From contig CAVYJZ010000009.1 in assembly GCA_963768985.1 (NCBI GenBank), forward strand, positions 74,188 through 138,187: DNA of 64,000 nt, read 5' to 3'. The stretch is from an uncultured delta proteobacterium (lineage in GTDB: Bacteria; Myxococcota_A; Polyangia; Polyangiales; Houyiibacteriaceae). The notes under the pieces were generated by a model. The model did not search any database. It saw only the letters and a program-made list of their open reading frames with translations, and had not been told where the DNA came from. Shown in pieces: positions 1-8,773 of the stretch. A program made the position numbers and the translations under genes. Position 1 is the stretch's first letter. Every line of letters starts with the position of its first letter.

Positions 1-656
1 GCATTCGACGCGGCAGCGGCTGCAGCCCTTTGTCGCGCCAACTCCTTCTTCTCGAGCTTGTCTTTGAGCCGCTGGCTGTCCTGCTGCGCTGCTGCCGTTT
101 GCTCCTTGGCGTCTAGCAGCGCGGCCTGAGCCTGTTCTTTGTCCATCGCAGCACGGCGTTGTTCCTGCTTGGCCATTTCCTCGACCATCGCCTGACGTTC
201 GAGTGCAGGCCTCACGACGAACGCGTAGACGCCCAGCGAAGCGAGCACCATGAAGACCGCACCGCCCATGACCATGCGCCGCGCGCGAATCTTTGCTTTC
301 TCGACGGCCGTGATCGAAGCCATCTCTTTTTCGTGGGCCAACATGCGCCGTTGTTCGGCGGCGCGCGCCTTGGCCTCTTCCTGCAACTGAACGCGGAGCT
401 CGCCCTCTTTGGCCTCCCGCATGCTCCGCTCCGCTTCTGCTCGACGCGCGTTCTCGTCAGCCAGGCGGGCTTCCTCTTCCGCGCGCAACCGAGCTTGCTC
501 GGCGGCTCTGCGTTGCTCTGCTGCGGCGTCCGCACGCCGACGCGCATCTTCCGCCGCGCTGAGCCGCGCCTCCTCTTCGGCTGCGATGCGCGCCTGTTGA
601 AGGGTGTGCAGCTCGATGAGCTGATCCGCGAGTGAATCGTGCCTGCCTGTATCCAT
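1..656 (-). CDS. Hypothetical membrane-anchored coiled-coil protein (3' end runs off the window)
   Basis: I hand-translated the third minus frame from the ATG at 654-656, and it stays open to position 1: MDTGRHDSLADQLIELHTLQQARIAAEEEARL... Glu/Arg/Ala-rich segments flank one hydrophobic helix (MVMGGAVFMVLASLGVYAFVV). It is absent from the ORF track, probably because it is edge-truncated. Confidence 0.55.
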   Translation of the reverse strand, partial: MDTGRHDSLADQLIELHTLQQARIAAEEEARLSAAEDARRRADAAAEQRRAAEQARLRAEEEARLADENARRAEAERSMREAKEGELRVQLQEEAKARAAEQRRMLAHEKEMASITAVEKAKIRARRMVMGGAVFMVLASLGVYAFVVRPALERQAMVEEMAKQEQRRAAMDKEQAQAALLDAKEQTAAAQQDSQRLKDKLEKKELARQRAAAAAASN

Positions 657-710
657 TTGTGGTCCCCACCTCATTCAAGAGTCTGGCAAATCCGAAAGCC
701 GGGTGCTTGC

Positions 711-738
711 GAGTTTCGAGCTCGAACTCACATGTGAG
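711..738. promoter_or_regulatory. Two overlapping palindromes in the divergent region upstream of metY (candidate operator)
   Basis: GAGTTTCGAG/CTCGAACTC (711-729, one extra T) overlaps the perfect 12-mer CTCACA/TGTGAG (727-738), about 80 nt upstream of the metY ATG. Confidence 0.25.
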
Positions 739-817
739 GTGGATTACAGCGTGTTCCCGCGGTATCCTCCCGACCCCCAACAACCCGGCTCGTCCCCCAG
801 CAACGAGGTAAATCGAC

Positions 818-2128
818 ATGACTGAAGAGAACTATGGCCTTGGCACCCGTGCGCTTCACGCAGGCCAGGTACCCGACCCGACGACCAACTCGCGCGCCGT
901 CCCTATCTACGCGACGACCTCGTATGTCTTCAACGACACCGACCACGCCGCCGCGCTCTTCGGCTTGGCCGAGTTCGGGAACATCTACTCGCGCATCATG
1001 AATCCAACGGTCGACGTCCTCGAGAAGCGCCTCGCTGCGCTCGATGGTGGCGTGACGGGGCTTGGCTTTGCCTCCGGGCAATCCGCCATCAATGCGGCGA
1101 TTCTAACCCTCTGTCACTCGGGACAGAACTTCGTATCGGCGACCAGCCTATACGGAGGGACTTGGACTCTCTTCAACAACACCTTCAAGAATCTAGGTGT
1201 CGAGGTGCGGTTCTTCGACCCGAACCACCCCGAGCAGATTCACGGCCTCGTCGATGAGAACACGCGCCTGGTGTACATCGAGTCGATCGGCAACCCGAAG
1301 AACGACGTGCCGGATTTCAAGGCCATTGCCGATGCCGCGCACAGCGCTCCGCACGGCGCCATCCCGGTGATTTGCGACAATACCGTCATGACGCCGTACT
1401 TGTTTCGCCCATTCGAGCACGGCATCGACATCAATGTGTATTCGACGACGAAATTCATCGGCGGGCACGGGGCGCACATCGGCGGCGCAGTGGTCGATTC
1501 AGGCAAGTTCCAATGGACCGATGACCGCGCCAAGTGGCCCGAGCTCTGCGGCCCTTCGCCGAACTATCACGGCGCGGTGCTTGCCGACGCCCTCGCTCCG
1601 ATGGGGAACATCTCCTACATCGTGCAGATGCGCACGCACTGGCTTCGGGACACCGGTGCGGCGATGAGCCCGTTCGCGGCGTTCCTGTTCTTGCAGGGCA
1701 TCGAGACTCTGCACCTACGCATGCCGCGGCACTGCGAGAACGCCCAGGCGGTCGCCGAGCATCTCGAGAAGCACGACGCGGTCGAATGGGTAAACTACCC
1801 AGGCCTGCCGTCGCACCCGGACAACGAACGCGCGAACCACTACCTGCCCGACGGGAAGGGCGCCATCCTCGGCTTCGGTATCAAGGGCGGCATGGAGGCG
1901 GGCAAGAAGTTCATCAACTCGGTGAAGCTCTGCTCGCACCTGGCGAACATCGGAGATGCGAAGACGCTGGTCATTCACCCCGCGTCGACGACTCACCAAC
2001 AGCTCAGCCCTGCGGAGCAGCAGCAGGCAGGAGTCGTGCCCGAGTACGTCCGTATTTCGGTCGGCATCGAAGACCTGAAAGACATCCTCGCCGACATCGA
2101 CCAAGCGCTTGCCGCCGCCGTGCGGTAG
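818..2128 (+). CDS. metY: O-acetylhomoserine sulfhydrylase (PLP-dependent, MetY/Met17 family)
   Basis: 436 aa. The N-terminus (GTRALHAGQ...PIYATTSYVF...FGNIYSRIMNPT) and the STTKFIGGHG lysine region are typical of OAH/OAS sulfhydrylases. GAGG sits 7 nt before the ATG. Confidence 0.9.
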   Translation: MTEENYGLGTRALHAGQVPDPTTNSRAVPIYATTSYVFNDTDHAAALFGLAEFGNIYSRIMNPTVDVLEKRLAALDGGVTGLGFASGQSAINAAILTLCHSGQNFVSATSLYGGTWTLFNNTFKNLGVEVRFFDPNHPEQIHGLVDENTRLVYIESIGNPKNDVPDFKAIADAAHSAPHGAIPVICDNTVMTPYLFRPFEHGIDINVYSTTKFIGGHGAHIGGAVVDSGKFQWTDDRAKWPELCGPSPNYHGAVLADALAPMGNISYIVQMRTHWLRDTGAAMSPFAAFLFLQGIETLHLRMPRHCENAQAVAEHLEKHDAVEWVNYPGLPSHPDNERANHYLPDGKGAILGFGIKGGMEAGKKFINSVKLCSHLANIGDAKTLVIHPASTTHQQLSPAEQQQAGVVPEYVRISVGIEDLKDILADIDQALAAAVR

Positions 2129-2142
2129 GCTGATCGACTCTC

Positions 2143-3906
2143 GTGGTCGCGCAGTTCGAAAGCACCGATTCCGTCCGGAGCGGGAAGCCGCTCCGCCACG
2201 TGCAGATGGCTGTTTTCCCGACGCCCGTGAAGCTTCGCCACGGCGAGACGCTTCCCGGCGTCGAGGTGGCATACGAAACCTATGGGACCCTCAACGAGGA
2301 CCGCAGCAATGCGGTGCTCATCTGCCATGCGATCTCGGGCGACTCGCATCTCGCTCGCCATGATGAGAACGACGACCCGGGCTGGTGGGAAGACCTAGTC
2401 GGGCCGGGCAAATCCGTCGACACCGATCGCCTCTTCGTGATTTGCACCAACGTGCTCGGCGGGTGCCGAGGGACGACCGGGCCGACCACCATCAATCCTG
2501 CCACCGGGATTCCCTACGGCAGCGATTTCCCGCTGGTGAATGTCGAGGACATGGTCGACGTGCAGAAGCGACTCATCGATCTGCTCGGTATCCAACGCCT
2601 CCGCGCGGTCATCGGTGGCTCGCTCGGTGGCCATCAGACGCTCTGCTGGGCGACACGTTATCCCGAGCGTGTTCAAACGGCCGTCGTCATTGCGGCTTCG
2701 GCCCGCATCACGGCACAGGCCATCGCCTTCGACGTAGTCGGCCGCAATGCGATCCAGACCGACCCGCACTTCCACGGCGGACAGTACTACGCCACCAAAG
2801 AGTTTCCCGAGACGGGTCTCGCGTTGGCCCGAATGCTCGGGCACATCACCTATTTGTCGTCGGAAGCGATGACGCGGAAGTTCGACCTCGATCGTCATGC
2901 CCCGCGCGACATGGTGACCGATTTCGAGAAGCGGTTCTCGGTCGGCTCGTACCTGGCTTATCAGGGCGAGCAGTTCGTCGGGAGGTTCGACGCGAATTCC
3001 TACGTGACCGTCACGCTGGCGATGGACAACTTCGACATGGGGGACACGCGGGAGAAGCGGCTCGATGCGTTTCGGCCGGCTCAGTGCGATTGGCTGGTCA
3101 TTTCTTTTTCGAGTGACTGGCTTTTCCCGCCGAGCCAGTCCCGCGAGCTCGTCGCGATCCTGACCAAGCTCGGTCAGCCGGTTTCGTACTGCGAAGTCGA
3201 GACCGATGGTGGGCATGACAGCTTCCTCCTTGCCGACGACATCGAGGCCTTCGGTCCAATGGTCGCGGCCAAGCTCGGTGCGCCCGTGGCGCATCCGCCA
3301 CGAACGAGTGCCGAAGATGATCGCATCCTCGAGCTCATCCCCCCTGGCAGCTCGGTGCTCGACCTCGGTTGCGGGGAGGGCGATCTGCTGGCTCGGCTGA
3401 AGGAAAGGGGGGCGCCGCTGCTGTGCGGCGTCGAGGTCAGCACCGCATTGATCGCAGCGACGTTGCAGAACGGCGTCGAGGCGATCGACTATGACCTGAA
3501 CGTTGGCCTACCGGAGTTTGACGACAGCCGCTTCGATTACGTCGTCCTTTCTTCCACTCTACAAGCCGTCCCGAACGTCGAGCGCCTCCTCGAAGACTCG
3601 CTTCGAGTCGGTCGACGCGCCATCGTTGGCTTCACCAATTTCGCCCACCGAACGCTTCGCGAGATGTTCGGCCTCGAAGGTCGCGCCCCCAAGGCGCCCG
3701 GACCTTATTCCTACGAGTGGTACAACACCCCGAATCGCCGTTTTCCTTCGATCCGTGACATGCTCGACCTCTGCGAAAAGATGGGTGTCACCGTGGAGCA
3801 AGCGCGTTACTACGACGACACGAACGGCCGTGTCATCGGGGACGGCGAAGACCCCAATTTAGCCGCCGAATCCGCGCTCCTGGTGTTGCGCAAGAGCGGT
3901 GCCTAA
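2143..3906 (+). CDS. metX: Homoserine O-acetyltransferase MetX fused to a C-terminal MetW-like methyltransferase-fold domain
   Basis: 587 aa. The first ~380 aa match MetX (VAYETYGTLNEDRSNAVLICHAISGDSH, GGSLGG nucleophile elbow). The last ~200 aa match MetW (VLDLGCGEGDLL...FDYVVLSSTLQAV...FTNFAHRTLR...YEWYNTPNRRF). The start codon (GTG 2143 or ATG 2206) is uncertain. Confidence 0.85.
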   Translation: MVAQFESTDSVRSGKPLRHVQMAVFPTPVKLRHGETLPGVEVAYETYGTLNEDRSNAVLICHAISGDSHLARHDENDDPGWWEDLVGPGKSVDTDRLFVICTNVLGGCRGTTGPTTINPATGIPYGSDFPLVNVEDMVDVQKRLIDLLGIQRLRAVIGGSLGGHQTLCWATRYPERVQTAVVIAASARITAQAIAFDVVGRNAIQTDPHFHGGQYYATKEFPETGLALARMLGHITYLSSEAMTRKFDLDRHAPRDMVTDFEKRFSVGSYLAYQGEQFVGRFDANSYVTVTLAMDNFDMGDTREKRLDAFRPAQCDWLVISFSSDWLFPPSQSRELVAILTKLGQPVSYCEVETDGGHDSFLLADDIEAFGPMVAAKLGAPVAHPPRTSAEDDRILELIPPGSSVLDLGCGEGDLLARLKERGAPLLCGVEVSTALIAATLQNGVEAIDYDLNVGLPEFDDSRFDYVVLSSTLQAVPNVERLLEDSLRVGRRAIVGFTNFAHRTLREMFGLEGRAPKAPGPYSYEWYNTPNRRFPSIRDMLDLCEKMGVTVEQARYYDDTNGRVIGDGEDPNLAAESALLVLRKSGA

Positions 3907-4952
3907 GCGTAACGATTGACCGGTGCTTCGAAGCGGCTTTCGATCTTTTGAATGCGCCGTAGGACGTCCCGAGCAAGGTCGAGGTCCGTCTCGCCTTCCA
4001 TCGTGAGCTCCACGGTGTCGGAGATGCCGCCAAACCTCTTTTCGATTGCCGTCGGAAGCTCATCGTATGTCGCATACACGCCGAACTCCTCGAGCATCTC
4101 ATCGGGGATCTGCGCCGCCATTTGCTTCCACTGCCCCTCTCTCGTCATCTGATTGAGCTTCTTCGCCAAATCGTCCCAGCCATGGAGCGACATGACCGGC
4201 AGGTAGGCTGGAGTCGAGGCATAGAACGCCAGACGGTATCGCACCCACTCGCGATTCTTCATGACGGTTTCCTCGTCCGGTCCGGTCATGATGAAACCGC
4301 CGCCACACACATCGAGCTCGCTGCGGGAGCGCCCCGCCGAGCGGAGGCCCCGATCGATGGCGGGCCAGACAACCTCCTTCAGGTACTTCTTGGTGCAGAA
4401 GCCATGCAGACGAAGCCCGTCGGCGATGCTTGCCGCGGACTCGATCATCTTCGGACGAACCGCGGCGAGATACACGGGCACCATCGGCAGGTTCGACTTC
4501 GGAGGGGTGAACTCCGGTGTCATCAGCGTGAGCTGATAGTGCTCGCCCTGATGGTCGAGGCGCTCCCCGAGCTCCCAACAGCGCCAAATCGCCCGAAGCG
4601 CTTGGACGTATTCGACCATCCGGCTCCGCGGCGCCTTCCACGGCGTGCTGAAGCGCCGCTCGTTGTGCGCTCTGACCTGTGTTCCCAGGCCCAGGGCGAA
4701 CCGCCCGCCGGAGTTGACCTGAATCGACCATGCCTGGCTTGCCAGCACCATCGGGCTTCTGGGGAACGCGACCGCGATCGCCGTCCGCGCCTGAATCCGC
4801 TTGGTTGCGTTCGCCACCATGGCCGCATGGATCAAGGGGTCGCCGATGATCTCGGGAATCGCAAACCCGTCAAAGCCCAGGGCTTCTGCCCGTTGGCCGG
4901 CTTCCGCCAGCTTCACCCAGTTGGTTTCGTCGTTGAACGTGTCGATTCTCAT
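3903..4952 (-). CDS. Luciferase-like (LLM class) flavin/F420-dependent oxidoreductase
   Basis: 349 aa. It has an LLM-type TIM-barrel signature (GFDGFAIPE..., GGRFALGLGTQV...). It converges on metX and overlaps its end by 4 nt. Confidence 0.8.
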   Translation of the reverse strand: MRIDTFNDETNWVKLAEAGQRAEALGFDGFAIPEIIGDPLIHAAMVANATKRIQARTAIAVAFPRSPMVLASQAWSIQVNSGGRFALGLGTQVRAHNERRFSTPWKAPRSRMVEYVQALRAIWRCWELGERLDHQGEHYQLTLMTPEFTPPKSNLPMVPVYLAAVRPKMIESAASIADGLRLHGFCTKKYLKEVVWPAIDRGLRSAGRSRSELDVCGGGFIMTGPDEETVMKNREWVRYRLAFYASTPAYLPVMSLHGWDDLAKKLNQMTREGQWKQMAAQIPDEMLEEFGVYATYDELPTAIEKRFGGISDTVELTMEGETDLDLARDVLRRIQKIESRFEAPVNRYA

Positions 4953-5258
4953 CCCACCCCCTTATCACGACTTGGGCCTGCAAATCAGGGTCACCGCCCC
5001 GCTTTGGCGCCGCGGGGACCGGCCCGATCCGCACCCCCTGGACAAGCCCCCGCCAGCTGCTACCTTGCTGCCTTCGCCCATCGTGGGCGCGGGTGCTCAC
5101 CGTGGGCACCCGCCACGCTGCCCTGTTCCTACCAGACCGCACCGTGAACCATACAACGGTCAAAGGTTCGTAGAAGACATCGGCAAGTAAGAAGCGAAGC
5201 AAGTGTACGGGACAGGTCCCGGCGCGATGCGTCGCATATTGAGAAGAGAGAAATCAGA

Positions 5259-5540
5259 ATGAGCAAGAAACTATTCGTAGGTGGGCTGAGCTGGAATACG
5301 ACCAACAGCGAGCTTCAAGAGGCGTTCGAGGCATGCGGTGCAGTCACCGAAGCCAAGGTGGTCACCGATCGGGAAACCGGTCGTTCACGGGGCTTCGGTT
5401 TCGTGACGTTCGAGGACGAGCAGAGCGCGACCCGCGCTGTTTCGGAGCTAGACGGCTCCACCCTCGACGGCCGGACAATCCGCGTCGACAAAGCCAACGA
5501 TCGCCCCAAGAACGATCGCGGACCCAGCAAGCGCTGGTAA
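5259..5540 (+). CDS. RRM-type RNA-binding protein
   Basis: 93 aa with RNP-2 (LFVGGL) and RNP-1 (RGFGFVTF) motifs. Confidence 0.85.
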   Translation: MSKKLFVGGLSWNTTNSELQEAFEACGAVTEAKVVTDRETGRSRGFGFVTFEDEQSATRAVSELDGSTLDGRTIRVDKANDRPKNDRGPSKRW

Positions 5541-5547
5541 GTCACGC

Positions 5548-6807
5548 GTGATCAACGAATTTGAATCCCTCGGGGTAGGCGAGACACTCCGCCGCGCCCT
5601 GAAGGACGTGGGCTATACTGTGCCCACACCCATCCAGTCTCAGGCCATTCCCCAGCTCTTGCTGGGGAAGGACCTGCTGGGCATCGCCCAGACAGGTACC
5701 GGTAAGACAGCCGCGTTCGCGTTGCCATTGCTGCAGCGTTTGGACGACGAAGATGCGCCCGCTCGCCCCCGGCGACCCCGGGCCCTGGTGCTCGCGCCAA
5801 CTCGCGAGCTGGCGCTACAGATCCACGAGGAGCTCACGAGCCTCGGACGGTACACGCAACTACGTCACACGTTCATCATCGGCGGCGTAGGACAAAATCC
5901 TCAGATCAAGGCCCTGACCAGCGGCGTCGACGTGCTCGTCGCCACCCCCGGTCGCCTTCTGGACCTGGCGGCTCAACGGCACGTCGACCTCTCGGAAGTA
6001 TCCGTACTGGTCCTCGACGAGGCCGACCGGCTGCTCGACATGGGTTTCATCCGCGACGTGAAGCGGATCGTGGCACAAACGCCCAAGACCCGTCAGTCGC
6101 TGCTCTTCTCGGCCACCATGCCGAGCGCGGTCGCGGCACTCGCTCGTGAAATCCTCAAAGATCCGGTCCGCGTGGATGTTTCACCCAAGCAGATGACCGT
6201 CAAGGAAATCGACCAGCGCATCGTCATGGTCGGCAACGGTGACAAGCAGCGAATGCTCGAGCATTTGCTGCGCGACGACGAGGTCTCCCGAGCCATCGTG
6301 TTCACGCGCACCAAGCACGGCGCCAACAAAGTGGCCCGTAAGCTCGAGGGCGCTGGCATCGGTGCCGAGGCCATCCACGGAAACAAGTCGCAGAACGCCC
6401 GTCAGCGTGCCTTGCAGAACTTCAAGAACGGGGACGCCTGGGTGCTGGTCGCGACCGACATTGCGGCTCGGGGCATCGACATCGATGCGGTCTCTCATGT
6501 TTTCAACTACGAGTTACCCCACGAACCGGAGAGCTATGTGCACCGTATCGGCCGAACGGGTCGTGCGGGCGCTTCGGGCGCAGCCTGGTCGCTCGTCGAC
6601 CCATCCGAGCGCGGCCGGCTCCGAGCTGTGGAGAAGCTGATCAAGTTCTCCCCCACCCAAGTGGCGGTCAACCTGCCACCCAGGGATCCAGGCGAGCCAA
6701 GCCAGAGAATCGCCCAAGCGCCTCGGCGTCCCACCGGATCCTCCGGTGAACAGCGATCGGGCGGGCCGCGCCAAACACGGCGTCGTAGACGTCAACCAGC
6801 CGCGTAG
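5548..6807 (+). CDS. DEAD-box ATP-dependent RNA helicase (RhlE-like)
   Basis: 419 aa with motifs AQTGTGKTAAF, PTRELA, DEAD, SAT and HRIGRTGRAG, plus a basic C-terminal tail. It starts 7 nt after the RRM gene stop. Confidence 0.9.
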   Translation: MINEFESLGVGETLRRALKDVGYTVPTPIQSQAIPQLLLGKDLLGIAQTGTGKTAAFALPLLQRLDDEDAPARPRRPRALVLAPTRELALQIHEELTSLGRYTQLRHTFIIGGVGQNPQIKALTSGVDVLVATPGRLLDLAAQRHVDLSEVSVLVLDEADRLLDMGFIRDVKRIVAQTPKTRQSLLFSATMPSAVAALAREILKDPVRVDVSPKQMTVKEIDQRIVMVGNGDKQRMLEHLLRDDEVSRAIVFTRTKHGANKVARKLEGAGIGAEAIHGNKSQNARQRALQNFKNGDAWVLVATDIAARGIDIDAVSHVFNYELPHEPESYVHRIGRTGRAGASGAAWSLVDPSERGRLRAVEKLIKFSPTQVAVNLPPRDPGEPSQRIAQAPRRPTGSSGEQRSGGPRQTRRRRRQPAA

Positions 6808-7853
6808 ACGAAATCGTCGACGCGTTTCCAGCAATCGAACAGCCAACGCCGCCGTGCTTCCCCTTTCGGGATGTCGGCGGCGTTGATGCGCCAGACGCGC
6901 ACTTCGATCTTCTTTCCGACGACTGACCCGCGCAGCAAGTCGGTCACCTCCGCCATGCCCTCGAGGCCGCGGTGTGCGATGATGAGCACGTCGGTTCCCG
7001 GTGCTGCCTCGAGGAGCGTGAGCACGCCGCCAAGCTTGGGAGGAAGGCAATGCCGAAACGACTCGGCCACGGGCACGAGCTCGGGGTGCGTTTTGGCGAG
7101 CCGCTCCAGGGCGATTTTCTTCTTGCGCTCGGTGAAGCGGGTGCCTTCGGGGTACAGCAGCACACCTTCGTCACCGAGGTTCTCGGCGAGCTTCCGGATG
7201 CCGGCCAGCTCTTCGACCGAGCTGCCGCCGCGGTCGATGAAGTAGTTGGGCGATGCATGTCCGGCGACATCGATGCAGGGGTCCACGAGGAGCTCGCGCT
7301 TGAACACATACCGTAGCCGAAGGCCCGTTGTGTTCGACACGAAGACGACGGGGAGCGCCGTGTCGATGATGCTCGCGTGCCGGATGAACACCAGGACGGG
7401 CCCGGGGAGGATTTGCTCCTCGCCCTCGATCGAAGTCGAGAGCGAAAGGCAGCCGCAGATCCCTGCGAACAGGGAGCGCCCCCACCAACACTGGAGACGG
7501 AAGAACAGCTCGTGCCGTCGCGTGATATTCCGAGGTGTGATGACGTAGATCCCCCCGGCGGCGATCAGACCAAGCAGCTCGATTGCGAGATACAACCAGA
7601 AGAACGTCAATAGACGCAGAATCACGAAGGAGCTTCGACGAAACGCGCCGACGAGGAATGCGGCCAGGATCCACACGGGGCTGAGCGTCGTCAGCAACAC
7701 CCACAACAGAAAGTAGGTGGACACGGTCATGATCCGCCGCCAGACCGGGGACACCGAGGTCGAATGCGAGAACGCGAGAGCCTGCACGAACCAGGAGCGT
7801 CGTCGCCCGTCGGCGGGCCGGATCACGCTCCGCCGCTGCCGCGCTCTAGCCAT
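6792..7853 (-). CDS. Membrane-bound lysophospholipid/glycerolipid acyltransferase (PlsC family)
   Basis: 353 aa with N-terminal TM helices, the HX4D motif (FIRHASIIDT) and YPEGTR. The start could instead be ATG 7730. Confidence 0.75.
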   Translation of the reverse strand: MARARQRRSVIRPADGRRRSWFVQALAFSHSTSVSPVWRRIMTVSTYFLLWVLLTTLSPVWILAAFLVGAFRRSSFVILRLLTFFWLYLAIELLGLIAAGGIYVITPRNITRRHELFFRLQCWWGRSLFAGICGCLSLSTSIEGEEQILPGPVLVFIRHASIIDTALPVVFVSNTTGLRLRYVFKRELLVDPCIDVAGHASPNYFIDRGGSSVEELAGIRKLAENLGDEGVLLYPEGTRFTERKKKIALERLAKTHPELVPVAESFRHCLPPKLGGVLTLLEAAPGTDVLIIAHRGLEGMAEVTDLLRGSVVGKKIEVRVWRINAADIPKGEARRRWLFDCWKRVDDFVYAAG

Positions 7854-7861
7854 CGGCCTGA

Positions 7862-8581
7862 CTAGGGCGAGGCGACGATCGAGGCGATGAGCCCGTCGAA
7901 CGCGCCGCGGTTCTCCGACACCGTCGCCTCCGGTCCGAGGAACTTGAGGTAGTAAGGACCATCCTTGGTGTTCACGATCGCAGCGAGCAGGCCTTGATCA
8001 GGACGCGGCGCTTCTGGTTGACCGGCGGCGCTCATTCCGCCCGCGTACAAGCCCGTCACCTCGACCTTCGTCACGTCGAACCCGGCGACCTGGCTGCGGG
8101 TCTGCTTCGAGTCGGACACCGGTGAGCCATCGGGCTTGGTGAACTGACCGACCCAACGTTCGATGTTCGCCTCCGCCGTCCCCGCGCCCTGCGGACCGAA
8201 GAAGAACACGATCAGCTCGGCTGGGCCCTTCGACCCGGGTGCGCTGAGTTGCGCCCGGCGCATCGAAGACTTGGGCTGCTCGGCTTTCCAGCTGCTGGGC
8301 AGCTTGAACGCGATCGCGCCCACGTTGATCATGCCCGAAGCATCCGGCTGACCAGCGGCCGCGCCGCCTTGATGTGGATTTTGGACTGGAACCATTCCGG
8401 CGTGGGGGTCGTCCGTGCCAATCGTCGGATGAGCGCCGCCGGTCTCAGCCATCCCGACGCTAGGCGCCGGACCGGTCGAGGTGTCCGCTTCTTTCGGGGT
8501 CGGCCCTTTGTTCTGGCAACCCGCGACGAGAACCAATGCGAGGGCCATCACAGTGGCGTGGAGCAGTAGATTTATCCTCAT
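7862..8581 (-). CDS. Hypothetical lipoprotein
   Basis: 239 aa with a signal peptide ending in the lipobox LVAGC. I recognise no other domain. Confidence 0.6.
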   Translation of the reverse strand: MRINLLLHATVMALALVLVAGCQNKGPTPKEADTSTGPAPSVGMAETGGAHPTIGTDDPHAGMVPVQNPHQGGAAAGQPDASGMINVGAIAFKLPSSWKAEQPKSSMRRAQLSAPGSKGPAELIVFFFGPQGAGTAEANIERWVGQFTKPDGSPVSDSKQTRSQVAGFDVTKVEVTGLYAGGMSAAGQPEAPRPDQGLLAAIVNTKDGPYYLKFLGPEATVSENRGAFDGLIASIVASP

Positions 8582-8773
8582 TGGCGTAGTGGAGCACCTC
8601 GAGCACTGCTCGGCAACGACACAGCGTGCCTAGACGCGAAGAGCCGAGTCGCCGCTTTTCGGCTCCGACGGCCATAGGGCGAGGTCGACAGCTCCTCGCG
8701 ACCGACTAGCCTTGCCGGCCCTCGCGCTTTTCGACGAAATGGTCACAGGGCGAGAATCGAATAGGATCCACCC

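Noticed and set aside
657-817. A SAM-I or SAM-IV riboswitch might lie upstream of metY, suggested by a superficial TCATTCAAGAG resemblance to the S-box start.
   Set aside because: The downstream conserved elements are absent (the GGCCC...GCAACC junction and the kink-turn and pseudoknot partners).
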